The notes beneath the pieces were generated by a model that saw nothing but the letters and a program-made list of their open reading frames with translations, was not told where the DNA came from and did not search any database. DNA of 64,000 bases from Bacillota bacterium (lineage in GTDB: Bacteria > Bacillota > UBA4882 > JBLNCG01). Shown one piece after another: positions 49,579-59,182 of the stretch. Each line of letters opens with the position of its first letter. Within the stretch, counting starts at the first letter, position 1. The stretch covers positions 6,851 to 70,850 of the forward strand of contig JBLNCG010000061.1 in assembly GCA_050260475.1 (NCBI GenBank), given 5' to 3'. Both the position numbers and the translations under genes were made by a program.

Positions 49579-50550
49579 TTAGCATACATATTCCGCAAAG
49601 TCCGCCAGAAATTCCTCGAAGAACAACTGGAAATATTCCGGGGCGAAAGCGGAAATGTGCGGCATGATCAGGATATTGTCCAGAGAGCGCAGGGGGGTGT
49701 CCATGGGAAGCGGTTCATTCTTAAATACATCCAGGCAGGCCCAGCGGATTTTTCCGGCGCGGAGCGCCTCATACAAGGCGCTTTCATCGATGCAATTGCC
49801 GCGTCCGACATTATACAGGCAGGCTGTGGGTTTCATCAGGGACAATTCCCCGCTGCCGATCAAATCAGTGGTTTCAGGCGCATTGGGTAACACGGCCACC
49901 AGATGGTCCGCCTCGGGCAAGTATTTTCGCCAATCCGCCAGGGGGATGACCCTGTCCACATTTTCCTCCGGACCCGCCGGAGCCCGTTTGACTCCGATAT
50001 TGCGCATGCCGAAAGCTTTCGTCAGCCTTGCCACATGGCGGCCGATATTGCCCAGACCAAGGATGAGGCAGGTCTTCCCCCGCAGCGTGTGGAGTCGGCA
50101 AAAAAGGAGCTTATCGCACCACGGTTCATCCTTTTGAAGCCGGTATGCGGTCCCCAGGCCGCGCGCCGCAAAAAGCATCATGCCGACGACGGTTTCCGCC
50201 ATAATACGGCCGTGAAACCTGCCGAAAGTGACTTTCAATCCCCGCTCCCGCAAGAATTTTTCCGGAATGCCCTCTTTTCCGGCGGCAAAGGTGCCCACCC
50301 ACTTTAAATGCGGAGCCGAGGCCAGCCACCCGGGTTTAAAGACGGCCACCACGGCTACTTCCGCTTCGGGAAGAAGTTCCAGAAATTCTTTCTCCGTGGA
50401 GCAGTCAATGAAGTCATAGCCGTACCGCTTTAAAGCCTCCGGCACCTCCGGAGGTATCGAAGCGTAATAACTGACCGTATATGGTTTGACGTAAAATAAT
50501 ACTTTTCCCGGCATAACAAGATCCCTTCTCCATAAGCCATAAATCTTCAT
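49579..50550 (-). CDS. D-isomer-specific 2-hydroxyacid dehydrogenase family, NAD-binding
   Basis: NAD-binding GLGNIGRHVARLTKAFGM (GxGxxG 17-18 aa) and the catalytic His/Glu/Arg region. It lies 3 nt downstream of the GT-C gene. Confidence 0.8.
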   Translation of the reverse strand: MKIYGLWRRDLVMPGKVLFYVKPYTVSYYASIPPEVPEALKRYGYDFIDCSTEKEFLELLPEAEVAVVAVFKPGWLASAPHLKWVGTFAAGKEGIPEKFLRERGLKVTFGRFHGRIMAETVVGMMLFAARGLGTAYRLQKDEPWCDKLLFCRLHTLRGKTCLILGLGNIGRHVARLTKAFGMRNIGVKRAPAGPEENVDRVIPLADWRKYLPEADHLVAVLPNAPETTDLIGSGELSLMKPTACLYNVGRGNCIDESALYEALRAGKIRWACLDVFKNEPLPMDTPLRSLDNILIMPHISAFAPEYFQLFFEEFLADFAEYVC

Positions 50551-50553
50551 AAA

Positions 50554-52200
50554 TTACTTCGATAACTGATTCTGATTACTGATCAACGGCTTATGACTCC
50601 ACCGATATCTCTCCCTGATTTTAATATAAGGATCCGCCTTCAGATCATACCCGACAGCAAAATACAGCTGCTTCACAACCTCGCCGCAATGGCGGACTCC
50701 CACGGAAGGCAGCGTTTTATAACTTGCGCACGTTTCCCTGAGAATCCGGTCCGCTTCCGGGAAACCGTCTATAGGCCTAAGGCTGATGAACAGCACGCTC
50801 TTGCCCTTCTGTTCGCGCCAGCGGTCCCAGATGTCGTAATTTCTCCCATAAACAGAACCCGGCCCCAACAGACTGATATGCATCTTTTCCGGGGTGTAGA
50901 ACGAAAGCATGCTGGAAAAAGAATAACTGCTTGTTGCGGCGAGATCCGCGCCGGTTTCTTCTTTAAGCCTGCTCACCGCCTGTCCCATTTCTTCCCAGCC
51001 GTAAATAGGCCCGAGAGCTTTTTCGATTTTCTCTTTTTTGGCGAAAGAAAAAATTTTAGCCCATGAGGAAACCGGCAACGCCGCCAGCAGTAAGGACAAG
51101 GCCATTAAAAGAACAGTTTCCCCCGCAGCGAAGCCGTAAATCCAGCAAAGGATTTTTTTTCGTTTTTCATATTCCGCTTCCCCTCTAACCGTCCCGTTGA
51201 TAAGCAAGGCCAGACCCGCCATGCACGTTCCATATCCGGCGGCGGGCCAATGGGCTCCAATCTCCTTGGTGAAAGACTGCAGAAAAAACAACACGGGCAA
51301 AATCCAACCAGTACAGAGAATGAAGAGGGCGGTGCGCTTTTTAACCGCAGGTCCCGCATGGGATTTTTGCGCCGCTATACGAAATAAAACCGCCAAGGAC
51401 CAGAGCATGGCACCGTATAAGACGGGGGTGACAATAAGCATCATCTGCAAACCCGAATATTTAAATGGGCCGAAGATGTCCAATCTCATCAGATGTCTGT
51501 TTAATAAATTAAATGCGAACGTCGCCCAGCCGTTCTTGCTGTTCCAATACAGAAAAGGCGTAAAGAGGGCCAAGGCGACGGCGAGAGCCAGGTAGGGCTC
51601 CTTGCGCCGCAGCCAGGCGCGTTCCGTCTCGGAAAGGATCAGAAAAAGAAAAATCCCGCCCAAAAGTGGAATAAAGAGAAACTTGGATAGCAGTCCCAGG
51701 CCCGCGGTAACTCCGGCCAAATACCAATACCCGCCGCGGTTTCTTTTTACGGCAAGCCAGACAAGATAAACGGTGATCTGCCAGAAAAGGATGGCCGGGG
51801 CATCAGTAGAGATTAAAATCGATCCCACCGCAAGGCCTGTGGCCGTCAGACTGAAAAATCCCGCCAAAAAGCCCGCCTTTTCCCCTCCCATTTCCCTGCC
51901 CAGCAGGTAAGTGAACCAGGTGGTGAGGGCCGTGCACAATATCGGCGCCATTCTTGACATAAGCAAACTTCCGCCGCCGATCCGGGTGAACAGAGCAACC
52001 AGCCAGGCGATCATGGGCGGATGGTCGTAATAGCCGAGAGCCAAATGCCGGGACCAGGTCCAATGATAGGCCTCATCGCCTGTTAGCGGAATCCGCGCGG
52101 CGAAAAAAAATTTAAAAGCCGTAAAAAGCAGAAGGGACAGAAAAAAACAATTTCGCCCCGTCAAATACCTCCGTATTTTCATGCAGGTTCTCCTTATCAT
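50554..52200 (-). CDS. GT-C fold glycosyltransferase of the PMT_2/ArnT-like family (GT39/GT83-type, polyprenyl-phosphate-sugar dependent)
   Basis: First-loop motifs GDEAYHW and YYDHPPMIAW match the DE and HPP signatures of dolichyl/undecaprenyl-phosphate-sugar transferases. About 11 TM helices plus a C-terminal soluble domain. Confidence 0.7.
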   Translation of the reverse strand: MIRRTCMKIRRYLTGRNCFFLSLLLFTAFKFFFAARIPLTGDEAYHWTWSRHLALGYYDHPPMIAWLVALFTRIGGGSLLMSRMAPILCTALTTWFTYLLGREMGGEKAGFLAGFFSLTATGLAVGSILISTDAPAILFWQITVYLVWLAVKRNRGGYWYLAGVTAGLGLLSKFLFIPLLGGIFLFLILSETERAWLRRKEPYLALAVALALFTPFLYWNSKNGWATFAFNLLNRHLMRLDIFGPFKYSGLQMMLIVTPVLYGAMLWSLAVLFRIAAQKSHAGPAVKKRTALFILCTGWILPVLFFLQSFTKEIGAHWPAAGYGTCMAGLALLINGTVRGEAEYEKRKKILCWIYGFAAGETVLLMALSLLLAALPVSSWAKIFSFAKKEKIEKALGPIYGWEEMGQAVSRLKEETGADLAATSSYSFSSMLSFYTPEKMHISLLGPGSVYGRNYDIWDRWREQKGKSVLFISLRPIDGFPEADRILRETCASYKTLPSVGVRHCGEVVKQLYFAVGYDLKADPYIKIRERYRWSHKPLISNQNQLSK

Positions 52201-53291
52201 TTATAGCTTTCGAACAGCTCCCCCCAGGATGTATGCCTCCTCCATTGATCCACAATCCTCTTCCCCTTCACGGGATACCAGAACATATCGTGATAAAAAT
52301 AGGAAGCGAAGATGAAAATATTCACCAGCGGCGTATGAAAAAACAGCCTTTGCAAGTACTTAAGCGGTCCGAACCAGAGCAGGTCCCCTACGGAGCTGGC
52401 AAAATTGTCCCCCACCGTAAAACCGTAATCGACGCCGGAGATATCCTCCCCGGCCACCTCGATTTCGGCTGGATCCCCGATCCCCAGTCCTCTTTCATGG
52501 GCAATCCGGATAAAAGGCAGGGACATCGGATCAAACCCCATCATTTTAGCGGCTATAGCATCGATGGCCGCCGAGTCCGCGGAGGCCAGCATATAATCCT
52601 TGCAAACCGGAAGCATTGTCCGGGGTCCGGGGCCGTTTCCGGCGGTGGTTCCGTCCATTACCGTAAAAATCCCGGGGTGGATTTCCTTCTGAATCGCCAG
52701 CAGGTCCACCAGGGTTTCATGAATACAGGAGTGGCAATAATGGCGCTTGGTATTTAAGAGGCCTCCGAAGGCGTTTTTCATGGAACCGGTGGTCTGGGTG
52801 TAAATATGGCATTTGGTGGTAGGCAGATGCAGGATGCTCTTCCCGCAAAAGAAATCCGGCACCTTGATGCCGTGCGGAAAGATTTTGTCTAAAACCAGCA
52901 TCTCAGCCTTGGGCTTGTATGTCACCCAATGCATGTCCCTGGATTTGAAGTTGTATTTTGTCTCCACGCCGTAGCGCTTTAAAACATCCACGTACTTGTT
53001 GAGACGCTCTCCCTTGTATGGGTTTGTCACCACCGTACGATTTTCCACGCAAACGGCCCGGTAGTTGTTCGACTGCAGGGCTTTGACCGCCGCCTCAAGC
53101 TGCCAGGGAGTAGTGTTCGCCCCGGGATAAGGAAAATGCCAGGAAATATTGTTCTTCAGAATAACCGGGGCATCCTTCGGCAGGATGTCGCAAAAACCCG
53201 CCATCTCCATGCACTTTATCGTATCCTCGACGACTGTCCGGGGTTTGGTCTTAACCACCGCCACGATTGCTTTCTTGCCCATCGCATACAT
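52197..53291 (-). CDS. DUF362 domain protein
   Basis: KNAFGGLLNTKRHYCH and VMDGTTAGNGPGP resemble the KNxfG and DG...G.GP blocks of DUF362. It overlaps the GT-C gene (ATGA), so the two are co-transcribed. Confidence 0.5.
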   Translation of the reverse strand: MYAMGKKAIVAVVKTKPRTVVEDTIKCMEMAGFCDILPKDAPVILKNNISWHFPYPGANTTPWQLEAAVKALQSNNYRAVCVENRTVVTNPYKGERLNKYVDVLKRYGVETKYNFKSRDMHWVTYKPKAEMLVLDKIFPHGIKVPDFFCGKSILHLPTTKCHIYTQTTGSMKNAFGGLLNTKRHYCHSCIHETLVDLLAIQKEIHPGIFTVMDGTTAGNGPGPRTMLPVCKDYMLASADSAAIDAIAAKMMGFDPMSLPFIRIAHERGLGIGDPAEIEVAGEDISGVDYGFTVGDNFASSVGDLLWFGPLKYLQRLFFHTPLVNIFIFASYFYHDMFWYPVKGKRIVDQWRRHTSWGELFESYK

Positions 53292-53335
53292 CCTCTCCCA
53301 TGTGATTTGTGGAAATATGGTTTATAATTCGCGCT

Positions 53336-54019
53336 TCACGCTTCATTCTTCACCCTTCTGAGCCCCAGCCTGTTTGCATACTTTACGCATTTGGTGATCA
53401 GATGCACCCAGACGGGCGCCCGCCGTCCGTAAAAATCTCCGGCGGCGGGCAGGCCGGTCAAAAATTCCGCCGCAGAAGAAAAATGGGCAAGTATCGAACC
53501 GCACCTTCCCAATTCCCACCGGGTATGACAGTCCGTTCCCGCGATAAGGGGTTTGCCGAAACAACGTCCCAAAGCGGTTGCGGCTGCATCATCCCCGGCG
53601 AAAACCGTACGGCCGTTGAACCCCTCAATAATATCCACCTCACGGATAATCCGCCTCAAAACGCCTGCATCCAACACATGGCGGCGCAGGCGGTCGCAAG
53701 GATGAGGCGCAACCACCAGGCCGCCCTGTTCCTTGATCCGGGATAGGGTTTCGTAAATCCCCAGCCCTCCGGGGATCCGTACGGATAAAAAGAGGCCCGT
53801 TATCTCCCCTTCCCGGGCAAGGATCTCTTCCCCGATAATCAAGCGGAAAGGCAAATCCCGGTCAGCCAGGCGCAGGGCTCCTTCAATGGTATCGTGATCC
53901 GTCACCGCGATGCAGCCGATCCCCCTTATACCGGCAATCCGGGCCACATCCTCCAGGGAAACCAGGCTGTCCGGGGAATAAACGGTATGCACGTGCAGGT
54001 CCGCGCGGATGAGGTGCAT
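53336..54019 (-). CDS. PHP-domain phosphoesterase
   Basis: ADLHVHTVYSPDS, VTDHDT and VAPHP are PHP metal-binding motifs. 227 aa. Confidence 0.8.
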   Translation of the reverse strand: MHLIRADLHVHTVYSPDSLVSLEDVARIAGIRGIGCIAVTDHDTIEGALRLADRDLPFRLIIGEEILAREGEITGLFLSVRIPGGLGIYETLSRIKEQGGLVVAPHPCDRLRRHVLDAGVLRRIIREVDIIEGFNGRTVFAGDDAAATALGRCFGKPLIAGTDCHTRWELGRCGSILAHFSSAAEFLTGLPAAGDFYGRRAPVWVHLITKCVKYANRLGLRRVKNEA

Positions 54020-54052
54020 GAAATGGCCTTCCTTTGATATAAAACATCGGAT

Positions 54053-55024
54053 TTAACTGATATAAATCAAAACCATGCTGGTGACAATCCACAAAAAAAT
54101 ATTCACAATAAAAGGCGTATCGGTCAAGAGCACCTCTTCGGGTTCTTCGCCGAGCCCCTCGCGGTGTGTAAGGAGCAGATAGCGGAAGACTCCGTATAAT
54201 ACGAAGGGTATCGTAAGCATCAGCCTCTCCCCGTGCTTGGAACCGAAAGTATAGAGGAAATATCCGGTGAGTGTGGAAGCGGTGATAATCGTGATTGCCT
54301 GATCCAGAAAAACCGCGGAATATGATTCCAGCACCTTTCGCCCTCCGTTGCCGTTCGCATTGGCCGCGAAGAGCTCCTGCCGCCTTTTGATGAGGGCCAG
54401 GAAAAGGGCCAGCAACAAAGTGCAGACCAAAAGCCACGATGAATGCGGCACGCGAATCAACACCGTTCCGGCCAGCGTCCTGAGGACAAATCCTGCCGCG
54501 ATGGTCATGACGTCTATAATCGCCAGTTTTTTTAAATACATGCTGTATAGTATGATCAAAACCGCATATCCGGAAACAACCCACAAAAACTCCGGCCCCA
54601 ACTGCAAGGCAATATACGCGCCCGCTGAAAAGGCCAAGACCATTACCGCCAATGCCGCCGGTATGGATATGGCTCCCCGCGCCAGAGGACGCAAGCTCTT
54701 GCGCGGATGCGCCCGATCGTGTTCCAGATCCATCAAATCATTGATGATATACAACCCTGAAGAAACCAGGCAAAATACGGCAAATCCCAGCGCCACCCGT
54801 ATCAAATCCGGGATCACGAAAAAACGGCGCGCAAAAACTATCCCCGCGAAAATAAAGAAGTTCTTGGTCCATTGTTTACAACGCAAGGTTTGAAGGATAA
54901 CCGAAATTCCACTTCCTGCGTTCCCCCGCAGTCCGGGCTTTTTAACGGCAGCCGCCCGTGCGATTCCAAACACCTTCTTTTTTATGAAGTCCACGAATCG
55001 TAGAGTTAATGAGTGGAGAGTCAA
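54053..55024 (-). CDS. UbiA-family prenyltransferase of the decaprenyl-phosphate phosphoribosyltransferase (DPPR synthase, Rv3806c-like) type
   Basis: LRCKQWTKNFFIFAGIVFA matches the HQWVKN N-terminal motif of DPPR synthases. The first Asp-rich motif NDLMDLEHDRAHPRK is NDxxDxxxD. 8-9 TM helices. Confidence 0.75.
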   Translation of the reverse strand: MTLHSLTLRFVDFIKKKVFGIARAAAVKKPGLRGNAGSGISVILQTLRCKQWTKNFFIFAGIVFARRFFVIPDLIRVALGFAVFCLVSSGLYIINDLMDLEHDRAHPRKSLRPLARGAISIPAALAVMVLAFSAGAYIALQLGPEFLWVVSGYAVLIILYSMYLKKLAIIDVMTIAAGFVLRTLAGTVLIRVPHSSWLLVCTLLLALFLALIKRRQELFAANANGNGGRKVLESYSAVFLDQAITIITASTLTGYFLYTFGSKHGERLMLTIPFVLYGVFRYLLLTHREGLGEEPEEVLLTDTPFIVNIFLWIVTSMVLIYIS

Positions 55025-55294
55025 TAATCCGGAGTATAAAGTCTATATTTCCTGTCTTCGTCTTATTGTACACCAGTTTACCATCGGTTTCAACCGTTTT
55101 CGGTCTGGCAAATATAACAATTGTGTCTTATATTCATCGTGGGTAAAATCATACTCTGGCGCTGTAACGGACGGCGGCTACATAAATCCTGATTGAATAT
55201 AGCCGGCCCCTGGAGATGGAGATTAAGTATGGAAAGTCCTTTTTTCGAAAGAATAATTATTGTCTATATTGGATAACAAGCGGTTCTTATAATA

Positions 55295-55413
55295 GGCAAT
55301 TGCGTTGTTGCCTTTATTCAAGACCTTGCCGCCAAATATAGTGTATGGCTACCATTAGGCTATCGATATTTAGTGGCAAGACGTAAAATCATCATAACAA
55401 CGCAAATTGCTCT
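55295..55413 (-). repeat. Full copy (reverse orientation) of the palindromic intergenic repeat
   Basis: GGCAATTGCGTTGTTGCCTTTATTCAAGACCTTGCCGCCAAATATAGTGTATGGCTACCATTAGGCTATCGATATTTAGTGGCAAGACGTAAAATCATCATAACAACGCAAATTGCTCT. Confidence 0.85.
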
Positions 55414-55667
55414 ATAACAATATATTTGGGCCCAATTTTATCACTTACTTGCCGAATTGCGGTTTAATATCTGATACCTGCTTAAGAGAATTTTTTGACA
55501 TCTTGTTTGTGATATGTCCGACTTATGGTAAAATAAAGGAAAGATTTGGCTTAACGGTTATGCGGAATATATGAAAAGAATAAAATATAGATTGATACCA
55601 TTCATTTGGTTACAGGTAAAAAATTTACATAATTTAGCATCGATAAAACTTCCGGGAGGCGATTTAC

Positions 55668-56432
55668 ATGACATTTCATTGGCGCTATGAATTTATGCGG
55701 CCCGCGGATCTGGCGGAGGCGATAAAAAACAGGCCCGTAGCATGGCTGATGCTAAGCCCCCTCGAATGGCACGGGGAGGCAATGGCCTTTGGCTGCGATC
55801 CCTTTGTCGGACAGGCCATCCTGGAGCGGGCATGGAAGGAAGCGGGCGGCGTCCTGATTCCCCCGCTTTATCTGGGGACCGGGACCAATTATCAGGTATT
55901 CGAGGGCAACAAAGGAATTGTCGATTATTGGGAGATGGAAACTCTCACCAAGGAGCATAATCCCGGATCCCTGTATGTCCGTCCGCTTACCCTGGAATTG
56001 GTGCTGCGGGATTTTCTTTATTTTCTCCGACGCGAGGGATTCCGGCTGTGCGTGGTCGTCAGCGGACACGGCGCCATTGAACAGGTGAAAGTGATCAGGG
56101 AGATATGCGGCGCCTTCAACAATCAGCATACTCCGACGATGAAAGTTCTCACCGGATGGGATGCCGGCGGACAGACGCCGCCGGAACTGCGGTTCGAAGG
56201 ATCAGGGGGGCATGCCGACTTCAGCGAAGCCAGCTGGCTCGGAGGCGTAAATCCGGAGATGGTAGATATCGGCAAATTCGGCCTTGCCGCGCGGGATCGT
56301 AAAATAGGCCTCGAACAGGCAAATGCGGCGAAAATCGATTTCGAGAAAGGCCGCAAATTCATCGAATTCAGGGCGATGCGGATTGCCGGGGCGGTGAAGG
56401 AAATAATAAAGAACTGGGGCCCCGGCCAATAA
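55668..56432 (+). CDS. Creatininase-family amidohydrolase (creatinine amidohydrolase/MftE-like)
   Basis: LMLSPLEWHGEAMAFGCD and LYLGTGTNY match the creatininase-family metal-binding blocks. RBS GGGAGG. Confidence 0.7.
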   Translation: MTFHWRYEFMRPADLAEAIKNRPVAWLMLSPLEWHGEAMAFGCDPFVGQAILERAWKEAGGVLIPPLYLGTGTNYQVFEGNKGIVDYWEMETLTKEHNPGSLYVRPLTLELVLRDFLYFLRREGFRLCVVVSGHGAIEQVKVIREICGAFNNQHTPTMKVLTGWDAGGQTPPELRFEGSGGHADFSEASWLGGVNPEMVDIGKFGLAARDRKIGLEQANAAKIDFEKGRKFIEFRAMRIAGAVKEIIKNWGPGQ

Positions 56433-56521
56433 CGGCATCCTGCAACTGCTTGTTTCAAAAGAAAGTGAAAGGACCATGTTGAACTTCAACTGATTACCGG
56501 TTACTGAATACCGTCACTGAT

Positions 56522-57526
56522 TCAGCATATCCTCGGCGGCATCTTTCCGGACGGAGGATCCAAATCCTTCATCCCTCCGTCCGCCGTTTGCAGCAGGGCG
56601 CGCCCCGTGCCTTCCCTTACCATTCCGATAACTTCCGCCTGCGCGGATTCTTTTACCCCGCGCAGGACATCCCTCGCCCGCTTCGCATCCTTTCCTTCCA
56701 CCACAGCTATAAACCTTCCCCCGCAAGCCATATGATAGGGATCAAATCCTTGGATAGCGCAAGCTTTTGTCACTCCGGGGTCCACCTGTACGGATTTTTC
56801 GTCGATCATATAATCAACCTTTTGTCCGGCCGCCAGTTCTTTTACGATGCCGGCCAGACCCCCCCCGGTAATGTCCCGCATCACGCGCGGGATTATCCCT
56901 GCGGAAATCAAAGCATAAACGGGCATCCATAATGGGGCCGAATCGCTAAGCAGTCCGGCCCGGAAGGGATCTCCAAGACGCGCCGCCAATACCGCCGCGC
57001 CATGATCCCCGATGGAGCCGTTTATTACCAAGCAATCGCCGGGACGCACCTCGTCCGGACTCAATCCGTATTCAGCGGCCGCAAAGCCGATTCCGGAGGC
57101 GCCGATGTAGATGCCGTCCGCTTCCCCGCGCCCCATCACCTTGGTATCCCCGGTCACTATGGAAATGCCCGCCTCCCGCGCCGCCTCCCGCATGGAGATG
57201 CATATTCTCTGAAAATCCGAAAGTTTAAACCCCTCCTCTATGATAAAGCCGCATGAAAGATAGGCCGGTTCGGCCCCCATCATGGCCAGGTCGTTCACCG
57301 TACCGTTTACCGCGATTTTCCCGATATCCCCGCCGGGAAAGAAGAGAGGTTTGATTACATAGGAGTCGGCGGTGAACACCGGCAGACGTCCTCCGCGGGC
57401 GGCCAGCACTGCTCCGTCCGCGGGCTGAACGTCATGGAATATAGGAAGGATGATTTCCTTTAAAAGCCTATTGAACAGCTCCCCGCCGCTTCCGTGGCCG
57501 GGGAGGACGAGATCGTGATCCAGCAC
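56522..57526 (-). CDS. hypE: Hydrogenase maturation carbamoyl dehydratase HypE (AIR-synthase-related)
   Basis: N-terminal GHGSGG (as in the E. coli HypE AHGSGG), a PurM-like fold, and the diagnostic C-terminal PRIC tetrapeptide (...GKMPPRIC stop). Confidence 0.8.
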   Translation of the reverse strand: MLDHDLVLPGHGSGGELFNRLLKEIILPIFHDVQPADGAVLAARGGRLPVFTADSYVIKPLFFPGGDIGKIAVNGTVNDLAMMGAEPAYLSCGFIIEEGFKLSDFQRICISMREAAREAGISIVTGDTKVMGRGEADGIYIGASGIGFAAAEYGLSPDEVRPGDCLVINGSIGDHGAAVLAARLGDPFRAGLLSDSAPLWMPVYALISAGIIPRVMRDITGGGLAGIVKELAAGQKVDYMIDEKSVQVDPGVTKACAIQGFDPYHMACGGRFIAVVEGKDAKRARDVLRGVKESAQAEVIGMVREGTGRALLQTADGGMKDLDPPSGKMPPRIC

Positions 57527-57703
57527 CGAAACCGCCCCCTCACTGTCAAAGACATTATAATTGGATTATTTTTTTTATATTTCGCCTTTCGCTTTCCCAT
57601 ACCTTTTACGGTTTGGAACTTATCCATTTTTCACCTGTTAATTTTCTAAAACATCTGAGCCTTAAGCATATTATATCGCGAACATATGTTTGGATCAAGT
57701 TTA

Positions 57704-57720
57704 AAACAACGCAAATTGCC
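57704..57720 (+). repeat. Terminal fragment of the palindromic repeat
   Basis: ACAACGCAAATTGCC. Short, so the assignment is tentative. Confidence 0.3.
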
Positions 57721-58297
57721 CGATGATGTATTCTTCTCCCGTCACAGGGCATGTTAAAACTATCAGGCATGAAATCCACCTTTAAAATGCTCCGCTGGAG
57801 CATCGAGGAGCTTTTGTCATGCCCGGCCCTGGCCGTGCAGGCCGCACTGGCGAATATGAAAAGGCGTTCGCACGTGAAAATACGGCGCAGAATCCCGGGA
57901 GGCCGATCCCGTCGGGCTGGTGACCGGAGCGGAAAATTTTCCGGTGATATGCATCACGGCGTCATGGACCCCATTGCAAGCTGCAGCCACTCGGTAAATT
58001 TCGCGCATAAGGTTAACCGGTTCCATCCCGGCAGCGCCGAAATTTACCTGGATGAGCGAAAACACCATTCGGACTTGGCCCTAGGCCTTTTCCTCCGGAA
58101 TGGAAACGCGCCGCTCGTTTTACTCCGGTGACTCGAAGAAATTCTCCGCCACTAGATCTGCGCCTCACTCTCTTGCCTGATGAGGCCGGGTGCAAGCCGG
58201 ACCGCGCACAAAAATGTATCAAACAGGCCGGGAGGTGAGCGGCAGGATAAAGCCATCTCTTATAGAATTATGTATTACCATGATTGGAGGTTTTCAC

Positions 58298-59137
58298 TTG
58301 AAAAAACTCTGGTTGTTCACGGTATTCGTTCTGCTGATTCTTATGATCAGGCTGTCCCTATATTTTGTAAAAAACATGAACAGCCCCGCCGCCCAGGCCG
58401 GCATGGCGATGATCGCGGTCAACAATTCGCGGCTGCCCGACGCCGCGAAAATCATCGCCTATTTCAAAACAAAATGGCCTATGGATCAACAGCCCTCCCG
58501 GGTAACCGTACGAAGCAGCCAAATAACCTTTTCCTTGGGGGACAAGCTTTGCGGGATTTACTATCTTCCGGCTCCCATCCATCGACATCAACTGGCGGAA
58601 CCCTGCCGGTACGCCTGGCGTTGGCCCGCAGCCATGAAAGACATGGAGCGTCACCGGGCGCATATCACCGTGGGAGTAATGGGGGGAGAAAACGGCGATC
58701 CGGTGGCCGCGAGTATCGTTCTGACCGAACTGGTTTCGGCTGTACTGGCGAACACCGACGCCGTAGGTGTTTACTGGGGAGCAGGCCCGGCGGTAAGCTC
58801 CGCTCGATTTTTCCGGGAGAAGACCAGGGGGATGGACGGCGCCCATCTTCCCCTGGAACTTTGGATTGGTTTTCGTGCGGGGCGGACAAAAAACGGGCTG
58901 TCTTATGTGTGTACCAAAGGAATGGTATCTTACGGCAAAAAAGAGATCGAGATGCGCAGTCCCGTGGAAAAACCGAAAGCGCTTCAGCAGGCGGCGCTGG
59001 AAGCCGCCCATTGTTTTTTTACCGGCGCCCCGGGAAGCGAGGCGGATGCGATGAAAATGCTGCCCGTTCCTCATTCCCGGATATATATCGGCCCATCCCT
59101 TTACAACAAGGCGCAAAAGGTCATAGTAATCGAATAA
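58298..59137 (+). CDS. Hypothetical membrane-anchored protein
   Basis: RBS GGAGG 7 nt before TTG 58298. N-terminal TM LWLFTVFVLLILMIRLSLYF and a soluble ~250-aa domain. ATG 58280 is an alternative start. Confidence 0.5.
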   Translation: MKKLWLFTVFVLLILMIRLSLYFVKNMNSPAAQAGMAMIAVNNSRLPDAAKIIAYFKTKWPMDQQPSRVTVRSSQITFSLGDKLCGIYYLPAPIHRHQLAEPCRYAWRWPAAMKDMERHRAHITVGVMGGENGDPVAASIVLTELVSAVLANTDAVGVYWGAGPAVSSARFFREKTRGMDGAHLPLELWIGFRAGRTKNGLSYVCTKGMVSYGKKEIEMRSPVEKPKALQQAALEAAHCFFTGAPGSEADAMKMLPVPHSRIYIGPSLYNKAQKVIVIE

Positions 59138-59182
59138 AATGAGTGATGCATCTTTATTACGGCATGACAGGAGTGAGAGGAA

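Noticed and set aside
57751-58131. 126-aa + strand ORF in the gene-poor region upstream of 58298
   Set aside because: No RBS, an Arg-rich low-complexity translation, and overlap with an inverted-repeat structure. Treated as non-coding.
58180-59142. Alternative overlapping frames (58180..59142 +, 58358..59116 -) over the membrane-protein gene
   Set aside because: Only the frame starting TTG 58298 (ATG 58280 is an alternative start) has an RBS and a TM/soluble architecture. The others are Arg/Gly/Pro-rich GC artefacts.
59000-59182. T-box or other amino-acid leader upstream of cimA
   Set aside because: Searched 57900-59182 for the T-box consensus (GGTGGTACCGCG-like) and a specifier loop. None found, and cimA sits only 45 nt after the upstream gene.
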